IMG/VR virus record: IMGVR_UViG_3300042370_000007
Location: 3,188 to 67,187 of that record
Origin: a virus
Strand: one strand, 5' to 3'
Length of the DNA stretch: 64,000 bases
Shown piece after piece: positions 37,951 through 47,037 of this stretch. The notes beneath the pieces were generated by a model. That model saw nothing but the letters and a program-made list of their open reading frames with translations, searched no databases and had not been told where the DNA came from. The first letter of the stretch is position 1. Each line of letters begins with the position of its first letter. The translations under genes were made by a program, and so were the position numbers.

Positions 37951-39263
37951 GCGGCCGCCGTGGAGGCGGGAAACAGGCTCGGGAAATGCGGGCGGAAGTC
38001 GGCCTCAGCCAGGATCTCGGCCGGCACGCGATGGCCGAGCATCGGGGGGGCAGGCCCATCGATGTCACGGCGCCACCTGTTCACGTCCCAACCATCGGCC
38101 GAGATGCAGTCGCGCAGCCGGCGGCGCCAGTATTCGGCCCGCTGGGCCGGGTCAACCGTGACGGTGGGCTTGATGTCGTGCTGCGCCGGGCCGGCGACGC
38201 TGTCGCGCAGGGGCGCCGTGAAATAGGCCAGCGAGCCGATGCGCTTGCCGGCCTTGCGGGCCTGGATGACCTTGGCCTGCACGACCTGCAGGATCGCCGT
38301 CTTCCCGACACCGTGCCGCAGCCAGCCTTGGACGACGTCGAATTCCGTCTCGACATGGCCTTCGTCGAGCCCGGCGGCGCGCACCGCGGCCCTGGCGACT
38401 TCATAGACCAATTCATCCTGGGCGCAGCGCAGCCCGTCACTCTCACGCTGTCCGGTGATTAGCTGCGCTGCTGGATTATTTTCGGTAGTAACCCCTGTCC
38501 CTTGACCTTCAACTGTCTCTTTCCCTTGGGGCGTGACGGGGGCGTTACGCGTCACGATGGTCGTAACGGCCGAAGCGTTACGCGTAACGGTCAGAGCGTT
38601 ACGCGTAACGTCACCATCGCGCGTTACGGGAGCGTCATCGACCGTGACGACAGCGTCACCATGCGCGTTACCATCCCCGTCCCCGGTCACGGCCGGCGAG
38701 ACGTCACCCAGGGCGTCACGCATCATCTCGTCGAGTTCGGCGAGCGTGGCGCCCTTCGGCGCGGCGATGCCCAACGTGGCGAGTTCGCGGCGCCGGCCGG
38801 CCACCTTGGCGCGGTGCCGTGCCTGGCGGCTGGCATCGCTCGACTTCGGCAGCGCACTGGCCGCGGTGCGGCCGGACCAGGATCGCAGGGCGATGCCGGC
38901 GAGGATCGGGTGGTACAGCCGCCCGTCGGTCGCCAGCTGCCATTTCCACAGCGCCTCGCCCTTCACCCGAGACCAGGCCTTCCGCCCGTCCGGGCCGGCG
39001 CCGTAGCCCGCATAGGAGGCGAGCAGGCGGTCGTCGTTGGGCAGACTGGCGGCCGGAACCTCGTGGGTGAAGGCATGGCACCACAGCTGGATCATCGCCT
39101 TCGCACCGTCGCCGCTGGCGAGGATCCATCCCCGCGACTTGATCAGGAGGTCGCCATAGAGCGGCATGTACAGCAGGCCGCGTAGGTCGACTTCCGGCGG
39201 GACGAGCGGCTCGATCGGCGGCGCGCTGGTCAGGTCGATGGCGGGGAACCCGTCGTCGCTCAT
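37947..39263 (-). CDS. DUF1376/YdaU-family phage replication initiator (O-like)
   Basis: DLRGLLYMPL...LWCHAF..EVPAASLPNDDRLLA motif; central iteron-encoded VTRN repeats. Confidence 0.85.
   Translation of the reverse strand: MSDDGFPAIDLTSAPPIEPLVPPEVDLRGLLYMPLYGDLLIKSRGWILASGDGAKAMIQLWCHAFTHEVPAASLPNDDRLLASYAGYGAGPDGRKAWSRVKGEALWKWQLATDGRLYHPILAGIALRSWSGRTAASALPKSSDASRQARHRAKVAGRRRELATLGIAAPKGATLAELDEMMRDALGDVSPAVTGDGDGNAHGDAVVTVDDAPVTRDGDVTRNALTVTRNASAVTTIVTRNAPVTPQGKETVEGQGTGVTTENNPAAQLITGQRESDGLRCAQDELVYEVARAAVRAAGLDEGHVETEFDVVQGWLRHGVGKTAILQVVQAKVIQARKAGKRIGSLAYFTAPLRDSVAGPAQHDIKPTVTVDPAQRAEYWRRRLRDCISADGWDVNRWRRDIDGPAPPMLGHRVPAEILAEADFRPHFPSLFPASTAAA
38470..38675. repeat. Replication origin candidate: iterons inside the initiator gene
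   Basis: GCGTTACGCGT(A/C)ACG at 38542, 38575 and 38596, partial copies at 38621 and about 38664, next to an AT-richer tract at 38470-38525. Confidence 0.75.
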
Positions 39264-39288
39264 GAGGTACTCCGGACATTGGCGAAAA

Positions 39289-39783
39289 TCATGGCCGCAC
39301 CAAGCGGGTGGAGCGCCGGGCATGCCGGGTGATGGCCCTGCCGGCCCAGGCCGGCGGGAAACGATCGGGCGGCAATTGCAGGATCTCAGCGCCGTCCTCG
39401 GCGATGCCGACGCGCGCGAAGCCGGCATGAACCAGCGCGGCCACCGCCGGGGGCGGCCAGGTCAGATAGTCGAACCGCTGCTGGCCGACGAAGGCGACGA
39501 TGCCGCTGGCGGGCGGGTCGCCGAGATGGCGGCGCGTGCGGCGCAGGGCCTCGATCGCTAGCGCGTCGACGGCGGCTTGCACCGCGAAGGTGCTGACCTT
39601 GAACATCAGCAGCAGCCAGCAATCCGGCCATTGCGGCAGCGGTTCGGCCGGCCGCAGCGCGACCCAGGTCGGCCCGGCGGCCGAGAGAACGCAGCATGTC
39701 CCGAGCTGCGCCCAATCGCGCCGGGCGCCATACCGCCCGACCGCGCTGTCGTCGAGATCCGCGTACTGCCAGGACCAGTTCAC
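39289..39783 (-). CDS. Diverged Mom-like GNAT paralog
   Basis: GTGA coupling to the upstream Mom-like gene; co-linear similarity to it (GxCxVL..WVxL, PP.SGIVAFV, AGF.RVG). Confidence 0.6.
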   Translation of the reverse strand: MNWSWQYADLDDSAVGRYGARRDWAQLGTCCVLSAAGPTWVALRPAEPLPQWPDCWLLLMFKVSTFAVQAAVDALAIEALRRTRRHLGDPPASGIVAFVGQQRFDYLTWPPPAVAALVHAGFARVGIAEDGAEILQLPPDRFPPAWAGRAITRHARRSTRLVRP

Positions 39784-40268
39784 GCCGCACCACCGAATGT
39801 GAACTGCTGGCCCAATGGCGCGATCGGCGCCGGCACCTGGAGCGCAGGCATCTGCAGAACGATCAGCCCCTTGCGCGTCGCGCCGACGACCCGGAAGCCA
39901 GCCCGCAAAAAGCACAGGCCAGGATCACGCTTGCGGCGGACCATATCTGGATCAACGAAGGTGATGACGCCCGCCGGCGGAGGATTGCCCCCGATCGACC
40001 TGGTTGCCGCCAGTGCCTGGGCAATCAGGTCGCTGGCCAGCCCTGCTCCCTCGTTGCGAAACAACGCGCATGCCCATGCCCCCGGCCAAGCGTGCTTGAC
40101 GATGCGCTGGCGCAGTGACACCCACAGGGCGCGGCCGCAGACCGAGAGCAGGACGATGCAGCCGCCCGGGGCGACAAACTGGCGGGTGCCTGGCTTCTGG
40201 CGGCTATAGTGCCGGTCGGCCAGCATGAGGGCGTGCGGATCGGCCCGGTTCGACAGGCGCCAGATCAT
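39780..40268 (-). CDS. Mom-family (GNAT-like) DNA modification protein
   Basis: ADRHYSRQKPG..QFV.PG, CALFRNEG, GVITFVDP..V..KRDPG.CF..AGF pattern recalled for phage Mom-like proteins. Confidence 0.7.
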   Translation of the reverse strand: MIWRLSNRADPHALMLADRHYSRQKPGTRQFVAPGGCIVLLSVCGRALWVSLRQRIVKHAWPGAWACALFRNEGAGLASDLIAQALAATRSIGGNPPPAGVITFVDPDMVRRKRDPGLCFLRAGFRVVGATRKGLIVLQMPALQVPAPIAPLGQQFTFGGAA

Positions 40269-40669
40269 GCCATGACCCCGGCAGCATCAGCTTCGGGCTC
40301 GAGGTCACGTCGGCCCTGCGATGTCCAGCGACTGTCGCCCCGGCGCGGTTGATGGATGTTCTTCAGGCGATCTTTCGGCCAATCGAATTCATCCAGTGCG
40401 CCGAGCCGGCGGAAGGCGTCGTAGTCATAGCCGGCGCGGATCATCGCGCCGCACCGTCGGCATGGGCAGGTAGCGCGGCGATCCGTTATCGTGAAGTGAC
40501 TGCACGCAAGCCGGACAATCTTCGTCGGCTTTCCCAGCGAGCCGTTCACGACGTTGTGCCCGAGCGCCGTCGGACAGTCCCGAATGATCGCCTCGACGGG
40601 ATCCGCGATGTCCGCAAGCGCGGCGGCCAGCACCTCGTCCACGATAGGCGCGCCATCTCGCGACATCAT
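40265..40669 (-). CDS. Cys-rich hypothetical protein (possible Zn binder)
   Basis: C..(H)...CSH...CPCRRC; ATGA coupling on both sides. Confidence 0.6.
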   Translation of the reverse strand: MMSRDGAPIVDEVLAAALADIADPVEAIIRDCPTALGHNVVNGSLGKPTKIVRLACSHFTITDRRATCPCRRCGAMIRAGYDYDAFRRLGALDEFDWPKDRLKNIHQPRRGDSRWTSQGRRDLEPEADAAGVMA

Positions 40670-41571
40670 GCCGCAGCACCCTCGAAAAGATCGTCGTGGC
40701 CTTGAGCGCGAGCCGCTGCACCAGAACGCTGGTAGTCGGCGAAGTCGGTGTATTTCCAGTAGCGGCGGTTTGCCCACCGTGCGACATCGGTTAGCAGCCC
40801 TGGCGTCCAGTCGTGTCGCACGTTCGGCTTCTTGTGGAGCGCATTAAGCTTGATAAATGGCTGGCAGTGCGGCTCACCGCCCCAATCGATGACGCGCCTT
40901 ATGCGATCCATGCACGCGGCGAACGGTTCGGCGCCGATCATCACGTAGACCCGAATGCGATGTGGCCGCATGTCGCGGGCCCGCAGCATCTGCATGACCC
41001 GCTGGACCTGAGCGCCTTCGGTGGTTTCGTCATAACCGAAGCGCCAAGGGCCACGGTTGATCGGTGCCCAGCGCTCATAGACCTCGTCATCGAACGTTGC
41101 CGGCTCGAACCCGCTGTTGGCATCGAGCAGCGGAACGCCGGCCGCGCGGTAGCGCTGGACGATATGGCTCTGATAATCGGCCGGTAGCGCCGAGAGGTTG
41201 TTGTCGCACAATACCGGCCGTGGCTCGAATTCCGGCAACAGGGTGAAGTCGCGCCCCTCCATCTTGGGCACGATGCAGAACCAGCACCCAACCGGGCAGC
41301 CACGGCTGGCGAACGTGGCCATCGGGTTGTGGCGGGCGATCGCGTCGGGGATTTCCCCACCGATTTCAGCGACATCGGCCAAGTAGTGCTTGCGCGTGAA
41401 GATGCCCGGGCCGCCAGCCCTGACGCGATACCCCTGCGCCCGGTACCAAAGCGCGCGCATGTAAGCGTCGTCCAGCCGCCAGGTGAACGCCACCGATAGG
41501 AATGCGGTGTCGCCCTGGGTCCATTCAGCCAATCCGTTGGACCAGCGGCCGGTTGTGTAGCCGCTTTTCAT
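40666..41571 (-). CDS. Radical SAM protein with degenerate B12-binding-like N-terminus
   Basis: SRGCPVGCWFC (CxxxCxxC), DNN, LDANSGF; N-terminal LSVAFTW...RAGGP. Confidence 0.88.
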   Translation of the reverse strand: MKSGYTTGRWSNGLAEWTQGDTAFLSVAFTWRLDDAYMRALWYRAQGYRVRAGGPGIFTRKHYLADVAEIGGEIPDAIARHNPMATFASRGCPVGCWFCIVPKMEGRDFTLLPEFEPRPVLCDNNLSALPADYQSHIVQRYRAAGVPLLDANSGFEPATFDDEVYERWAPINRGPWRFGYDETTEGAQVQRVMQMLRARDMRPHRIRVYVMIGAEPFAACMDRIRRVIDWGGEPHCQPFIKLNALHKKPNVRHDWTPGLLTDVARWANRRYWKYTDFADYQRSGAAARAQGHDDLFEGAAA

Positions 41572-43232
41572 GCCGCCACCTCGACCTGGACATCGCCGGG
41601 TCGCAGATAGCGCTGTACCAGCGCCCGCATGCGGCTTTCGTCAGCCGGCGTCGCGACGGCTTGGCCCAACGGGTCGGTGATCGCGGCCGCCTGCGACGAC
41701 TTGATCCCCAAGACCTCGACCATCGGCGGGTCCGAACCGTCCTGCGCGATCAGAAAGAAAGCGTCGACCGGCTCGGTCTGACCCTCGCGATCCAGTCGGC
41801 CGATCAGCTGGTTGTGGACGCCCGGCTGCCAGTCCAGTTCGCCTGCAACGACCGTCGAGCAGACGTGCTGCAGCCCGTCGATGCCAGCGCCGGCCCGTAG
41901 CGAGATGATCAGGACCTGCGCCTCGCCAGACACGAAGGCCTCGATCGCATCAGCCTTCTGCTTGGGCGATTCGCTTCCGGTGTACATGGCCGGCTTGAGC
42001 GCGGCTAACTCCTTGAGCCAGATGTCGTAGACGTCGCGGTGCCAGCCGGCGAGCAGCACCTTGCGGCCCGCATCGCAGAGCAGGCGGACGAACAGCGCCA
42101 CCGCGCGCGCCTTGGCCACGCCGGTGGCGCGACGCACCATCAGGTCGAGATCCCGCGCAGCCTGGCCGCGCTCCATGAAACTGCCGTTCACCGCCTTGAT
42201 CGCCAACTGGCGGGCCAGGTCCTCGACCCGCTCCAGCGTCTTGGCATCCCAGTCGATCGTCTCGACGATCCGGTTCACCGGCGGCAGCTGCTGGCCGACG
42301 TCGGCCTTGGTGCGGCGCAGGTAGACGCCCTGGTCGCGCAGGTATGAGCCGAGGCCGCGCGCCTTCTCGTCATCGAGCGGCAGCCACTCTCTGTGGAATT
42401 CCTCGAACGGCCCCAGAACCTCGTCGTTGATGAACGACATCACCGGATGGATTTCCGTGCCGTAGCCCTGCACGGGCGTCGCGGTCAGCCCGAGGCGCCA
42501 GCCAGCATTCTCCGCCAACTGTTTGGCCGCCCGGCCCTTGTCAGAGGCAAGGCCGGTCCGGAGCTCATGCGCTTCCTCGAAGATGACCGACCGGAAGAAC
42601 CCGCTTCCGAACACATCGAACCAGCCGCGCAGCTGGCTGTAGCGGAACAGGTAGACGTCGGCCGGCGGCAGATCGTAGGGCCGCATCTTCTTGACGACGT
42701 GGACCCGCAAAGTCGTGACGGCCCGGACCACCTTGAGCCACTGGCTCTGGAGATGGACCGGCGTCACCACCGCGCAGGGCAGCGTGCCCGGCTGGACCAT
42801 AAGCCCACAGCCGACGAAGGTCTTGCCCAACCCGAGGTCGTCGCCCAGCAGCAGCCCGCGGCGAGCCATGCACAACTGCACCGCCTGCGCCTGGTAGGGC
42901 CGCAATGCCTGGCCCTCACGGAAGCCGATCAGCGGTGGCGGCTCCCACCCAGGCGCCAGGATCGCCGCGGCGGCTTCGAAGGCGCGCTGCTGCGTCTCCC
43001 GGCCGGCGACCATCTCGGCCTGGTCGTTGGCGGCGATCTCCAGCGGGTAGCGCGCCATGAACCATTCGAGGTCGGCGCTCGACGCCGGCGACACCTTGAA
43101 CTTGAAGGGCAGTCGGGCGGTGCGGCCGGTCCTGGGGAACACGTCCTTGAACCGCATGCAGGCATGGGGCGGCAGGTTGTCGAGCACCCAATAGCCGTCC
43201 TCGATACGGGCAGTACCGTAGGTCAGAGCCAT
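41568..43232 (-). CDS. SNF2-family helicase/ATPase
   Basis: DDLGLGKT, FEEAHELR, LTATP and QLIGRLDREGQ motifs. Confidence 0.9.
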   Translation of the reverse strand: MALTYGTARIEDGYWVLDNLPPHACMRFKDVFPRTGRTARLPFKFKVSPASSADLEWFMARYPLEIAANDQAEMVAGRETQQRAFEAAAAILAPGWEPPPLIGFREGQALRPYQAQAVQLCMARRGLLLGDDLGLGKTFVGCGLMVQPGTLPCAVVTPVHLQSQWLKVVRAVTTLRVHVVKKMRPYDLPPADVYLFRYSQLRGWFDVFGSGFFRSVIFEEAHELRTGLASDKGRAAKQLAENAGWRLGLTATPVQGYGTEIHPVMSFINDEVLGPFEEFHREWLPLDDEKARGLGSYLRDQGVYLRRTKADVGQQLPPVNRIVETIDWDAKTLERVEDLARQLAIKAVNGSFMERGQAARDLDLMVRRATGVAKARAVALFVRLLCDAGRKVLLAGWHRDVYDIWLKELAALKPAMYTGSESPKQKADAIEAFVSGEAQVLIISLRAGAGIDGLQHVCSTVVAGELDWQPGVHNQLIGRLDREGQTEPVDAFFLIAQDGSDPPMVEVLGIKSSQAAAITDPLGQAVATPADESRMRALVQRYLRPGDVQVEVAA

Positions 43233-45112
43233 GATGCCCCCACGCTGAGGTAATAGGCCGGCTTGCCTTCGATCTCTGGCGGCAGCCCCATGGCGGTGCC
43301 GGTGATCAGCAGGATCGCCCTGACGTCGGGATGCCGGGCGTATCGCTCCAGCTGGCGGTAGATCGCCGCCTTCGAGTTGGCGCGCAACTTGACCTCGATG
43401 ACCAGGCCGTCGAGCCAGAAGTCAAGGCGATCGGCGGGCGTCAGGCGGTGTTCGCGCTGGAAGTCGATCCCGGCGGCGGCGAGCGCTCGCGCAATGTCGA
43501 GCTGGGTATCGTCTTCCCTGCCGGTGGCCAGCCGCGCCCGCTTCAGCGTGCCGATCACGCGGGCCACCAGGGCGTTGACATCGTCCCGGCTCATGCCGAC
43601 CACCCGATCCGGCGGATCTCGATCGGCCTCGGTGTAGATCAGGTCGATACGAACGCCGCGGGTCTGCAGGAAGCGCAGCAGGCGATGGATCGACTGGATG
43701 AAATCGTGAAACTTGTGGCCGATGCCGAGATAAACGGCCCAGGCGCAATGGCGCTGAAAATTGCAGCCGGCGCCGGCGATCATCGGCTTGGTCGCCAGTT
43801 CCTGAAACCGGCCGTTCGAGAAAGCGACGATCGCTTCCTCGCGCTGTTCCAGCGCCTGGGAGCCATAGACGCTGGTGATGCCCGGGATCGCCGCCTCGAT
43901 CGCCAGCCGCTCGGCCTCAAGGTCGTGCCAGATGATCCGGTGCGCCCCGGGGTCGATCTCCCGGATCTCCATCATCTTGGCGATCCGGGCCGACAGGCTG
44001 TGGCGCTTCTCGCGCGAGGCCTGGACCACGCCCACCGCGTCCTCGCGCAGCAGCCGGTACTGGCCGCCGCGCTCGGAACCGGCGTCGCGATGGTCGGTCG
44101 CGATCTCGTGCCAGTGGACATCGAGCGGCGGCAGGTCGTAGCCGGCGTCACTGAACTCGGCCCCGAGGTCGCTCGGCTTGGTGATGAACAAGGCCCAGGA
44201 CGCGACCCACAACCAGAACTCCCGTTCTTTGTGCGGATGCAGGGTCAGCTTGTCGGCCTGCTCGCTGTTCCGCTTGAAGAACCGCGTCTTGGCCTGGCCG
44301 ATGTCCATCACCTCGAGGAAAGCTGAATAGACCAGCATCTCGATGTATTCGTTCGGGCTCGGGCAGGCGGTCGCCACCCACTTCCAGCGCATGCCGTCGA
44401 AAAGCCGCATGAACTCGCGGAACGTCTTCGAGCCCCCGAAACCGCGCAGGATCGCCGCTTCGTCGAGCGAGGCGGCGGCGAAGCGCATGACGTCGAGCTT
44501 GCCCTCACGCACCGTCTCGTAGTTCGTCATATAGACGCCCGGACCAGAGGCCTCGGCATCCGATCGAATGAATGTCAGCGTCATCACCCGATCGGGCCGG
44601 CCAGCCTGCCAGGCGGCCAGTTCGGCGCGCTGCTCGGCCGAGATGGCGGGATGCTCGCCGGTGGCCAGCGCGCGAACGTCGCCCATGAATTCCTGCCGGA
44701 CGCCGAGCGGTGCGACCAGCAGCGCGCGGGCTGCGGCCGGCGGATCGGCCAGCACGTTCGGGGCGATGCCGGCCGGCCCGAGCCGGCCCGACAGATGCGC
44801 CACGACCAGCCGCAGGATTTCCAGCTGCATGAAGGTCTTGCCGAGGCCGAACGAGGCGAAGATCGCCCGCCGGCCACCCCGCAGCGCCCACAGCACGATG
44901 GCGCGCTGATGCGGCTTCAGGATCGGGTTGACCTCGGCGGGGTCAACCTCGATCCCAAAATTCGCGGCCAGCCGGATCTTGCCTTCGAGAAAACGCTGAT
45001 AGTCGTCGGCCGCGACCACCGCGTCGACGCTGTGGGGGCGCTGGCCGTCCGGCCAGATCTCTCCAGCGGTCAGGTCGGGGCCACGAATATCCCGGTGGCG
45101 CGCCTGGGCCAT
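43223..45112 (-). CDS. SNF2-like helicase fused to a C-terminal PD-(D/E)XK nuclease
   Basis: FGLGKT, LDEAA, ATACPSPN and QSIHRLLRF motifs, then REHRL...RLDF..DGLVIEVK...QLERYA. Confidence 0.8.
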   Translation of the reverse strand: MAQARHRDIRGPDLTAGEIWPDGQRPHSVDAVVAADDYQRFLEGKIRLAANFGIEVDPAEVNPILKPHQRAIVLWALRGGRRAIFASFGLGKTFMQLEILRLVVAHLSGRLGPAGIAPNVLADPPAAARALLVAPLGVRQEFMGDVRALATGEHPAISAEQRAELAAWQAGRPDRVMTLTFIRSDAEASGPGVYMTNYETVREGKLDVMRFAAASLDEAAILRGFGGSKTFREFMRLFDGMRWKWVATACPSPNEYIEMLVYSAFLEVMDIGQAKTRFFKRNSEQADKLTLHPHKEREFWLWVASWALFITKPSDLGAEFSDAGYDLPPLDVHWHEIATDHRDAGSERGGQYRLLREDAVGVVQASREKRHSLSARIAKMMEIREIDPGAHRIIWHDLEAERLAIEAAIPGITSVYGSQALEQREEAIVAFSNGRFQELATKPMIAGAGCNFQRHCAWAVYLGIGHKFHDFIQSIHRLLRFLQTRGVRIDLIYTEADRDPPDRVVGMSRDDVNALVARVIGTLKRARLATGREDDTQLDIARALAAAGIDFQREHRLTPADRLDFWLDGLVIEVKLRANSKAAIYRQLERYARHPDVRAILLITGTAMGLPPEIEGKPAYYLSVGASWL

Positions 45113-45813
45113 CAGGCGGCGCTCGACTGCGCGCCGACATACTGCCGGCTGATCGCCACGTAGCGGGGCGCGATCAGGAGCGACAGGGCCGCCTGCCGAG
45201 GATCGTCGACATAGGCCTTCTCGGGCGCCCGGCCGCAGGCCTGTGCCGCGGCCGCGAGGCGCGCGCCGAACACTGCGCGCCGCGCCGCCCGCGAAGCTTC
45301 GATCAGGCCGATCTTGTGCGCGATGTGCTCGACGGCCGAGGTCTGCATGCCCAGGGCCGCGGCAATCAACCTGAGGTCACCGTCGTGTTCCTCGTACAGC
45401 GCCCGGATGCGATCGTTGCGCGACTGCCGTTCCTGGGGCGAGGTCGACGTATGCGCCCGAACCCAGCCGATCTGGCGCCGGACCCGCTGGATCGTGTCGT
45501 CGCTGCAACCGAGATGGGCGGCCATCTCGTCGTCGCTGGCATTGCGCTCGCGCGCCTCGGCGATATAGGCCATCAGCTCGTTGCTGCCGACGATCCGCGA
45601 GAAGTTCGTGACCGGCGCCGCGGTAAGTCCGGCCGCGCGCAGTCCGGAGGCTTCCAGCACCCGCTGGACGTAGGACCGCGACAGGCCGACAGCGCGGGAG
45701 ATATCGTGAATGCTCGGGGTCGGCTGCTGGTCGCGGCGCATCCGGCAGATCCGCTCGTCGACGCGCTTCTTGACGGCGGGGTTCGCGATGTTGGGGCGGC
45801 GCATGGGGCGCAT
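45112..45813 (-). CDS. Multi-HTH DNA-binding protein
   Basis: Three HTH-like repeats (SIHDISRAVGLSRSYV; DDEMAAHLGCSDDTI; RLIAAALGMQTSAV). Confidence 0.7.
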   Translation of the reverse strand: MRPMRRPNIANPAVKKRVDERICRMRRDQQPTPSIHDISRAVGLSRSYVQRVLEASGLRAAGLTAAPVTNFSRIVGSNELMAYIAEARERNASDDEMAAHLGCSDDTIQRVRRQIGWVRAHTSTSPQERQSRNDRIRALYEEHDGDLRLIAAALGMQTSAVEHIAHKIGLIEASRAARRAVFGARLAAAAQACGRAPEKAYVDDPRQAALSLLIAPRYVAISRQYVGAQSSAA

Positions 45814-45830
45814 GTGATGCTCCTGAATGC

Positions 45831-46430
45831 TCAAGCCAGGCTCGACCGGAAACCGGGCGGGAAGCGCCGGAACCAGCGGCACCGGTAGTCCGGGATGGGT
45901 TCGTGCAGGGCGTTACGCGCCGCGGCGGCCGGGTGGTCCTCGAAACGCCCGCCCGATGCCAGCAACGCCGCTTCGAGCGCCTCGCAGGTTTCCCGCACCG
46001 GCGGCCGCGTCTCGATCAGGTCGAGCCGGTCACGCGCGTCGGAGACGAACCGCACGGTGACGCCGAGGGCGTCGGCGATCTGCGGATCGCTCTTGCCCTC
46101 GCAGACGGCGGCCTCGATCTTCGCCTCGAGCGCAAGGATCTCGTCCCGGCTGAAGCGACGCCGCGCCGGACGAACCAGCAGGCCCAGCCGTTGGCGGATC
46201 CCGGCCACGGCACTTTCCGACATGTCGAGGGCCGCAGCGATCTGCGCGTCGGTGTGATCGGCACGGTAGAGGCTCGCCACCGCGGCCTCGCGGATCCTGG
46301 CCGCCTCGCGCAAAGCGTCGAGCGCGGCGAACGCCGAGGCCCGCGGGCGCGGTTCGGGGGACGCTGGCTTACCGGCGGGCTGCGTAGCCGGCCGGCGGTC
46401 GCGCTGGGTACCGCGCATCGGGGCGATCAC
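45831..46430 (-). CDS. Double-HTH DNA-binding protein
   Basis: TDAQIAAALDMSESAV and SDPQIADALGVTVRFV. Confidence 0.7.
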   Translation of the reverse strand: MIAPMRGTQRDRRPATQPAGKPASPEPRPRASAFAALDALREAARIREAAVASLYRADHTDAQIAAALDMSESAVAGIRQRLGLLVRPARRRFSRDEILALEAKIEAAVCEGKSDPQIADALGVTVRFVSDARDRLDLIETRPPVRETCEALEAALLASGGRFEDHPAAAARNALHEPIPDYRCRWFRRFPPGFRSSLA

Positions 46431-46777
46431 GACGCCGTCCCCGGCACGAACAGGCAGCGCACCTCGCCCGCCTGGTTGCCGTACTCGGCGACGTCATAGG
46501 TGTAGCGGCACCACCAGAAATCGGCATCGATCGACCAGAACAGCCCATGGCCGAACCGCGCGTAGGGCACGATCTGGCCGGTACCGACGATCAGCCATCC
46601 CTCGTCGGTCGCGCGGACGGCATCGGCCGGGGCGCGCTCGCAATCGTGCTCGCCGCAGCAATGGATGTTGCGCTGGTCGACATAGCGGGGATCGTGCTGG
46701 ATCCAGGCGGCATCGCCATGGGCGAGCGCCAGCGCGGGCAGCAGGACGGCAGCGGCGGCAATCAGCAATCGCTTCAC
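46427..46777 (-). CDS. Exported Cys-rich small protein
   Basis: Signal peptide ending ALA-H; CC....C...C...CLFVP pattern. Confidence 0.7.
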   Translation of the reverse strand: MKRLLIAAAAVLLPALALAHGDAAWIQHDPRYVDQRNIHCCGEHDCERAPADAVRATDEGWLIVGTGQIVPYARFGHGLFWSIDADFWWCRYTYDVAEYGNQAGEVRCLFVPGTAS

Positions 46778-47037
46778 TTCACCCTCCAATGGCTGGGGTC
46801 GAACAGGTCGCCTTGGGCCGGCCTTGCGGTGTCGGCCCGTCGGCGGATCTCGGCGAGGAGGCGCTGCGCCTCGGCGATCGCGGCGGCGACAACGTGGTCG
46901 CGCCGTTCGAGGCGAAGCTTGCGGGCCACGAGGCTGACCAGTTCCGCCTCCCGCAGGCGGCGCTTGCCGCGCACGGCCCCGGCGAGGCGGGCGACGGCCC
47001 GCTGGTGCTGGGTTGCGAATTCATCGGGCGTCATCAC
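46774..47037 (-). CDS. Hypothetical protein
   Basis: Coupled ORF ending QGDLFD. Confidence 0.55.
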   Translation of the reverse strand: MMTPDEFATQHQRAVARLAGAVRGKRRLREAELVSLVARKLRLERRDHVVAAAIAEAQRLLAEIRRRADTARPAQGDLFDPSHWRVK

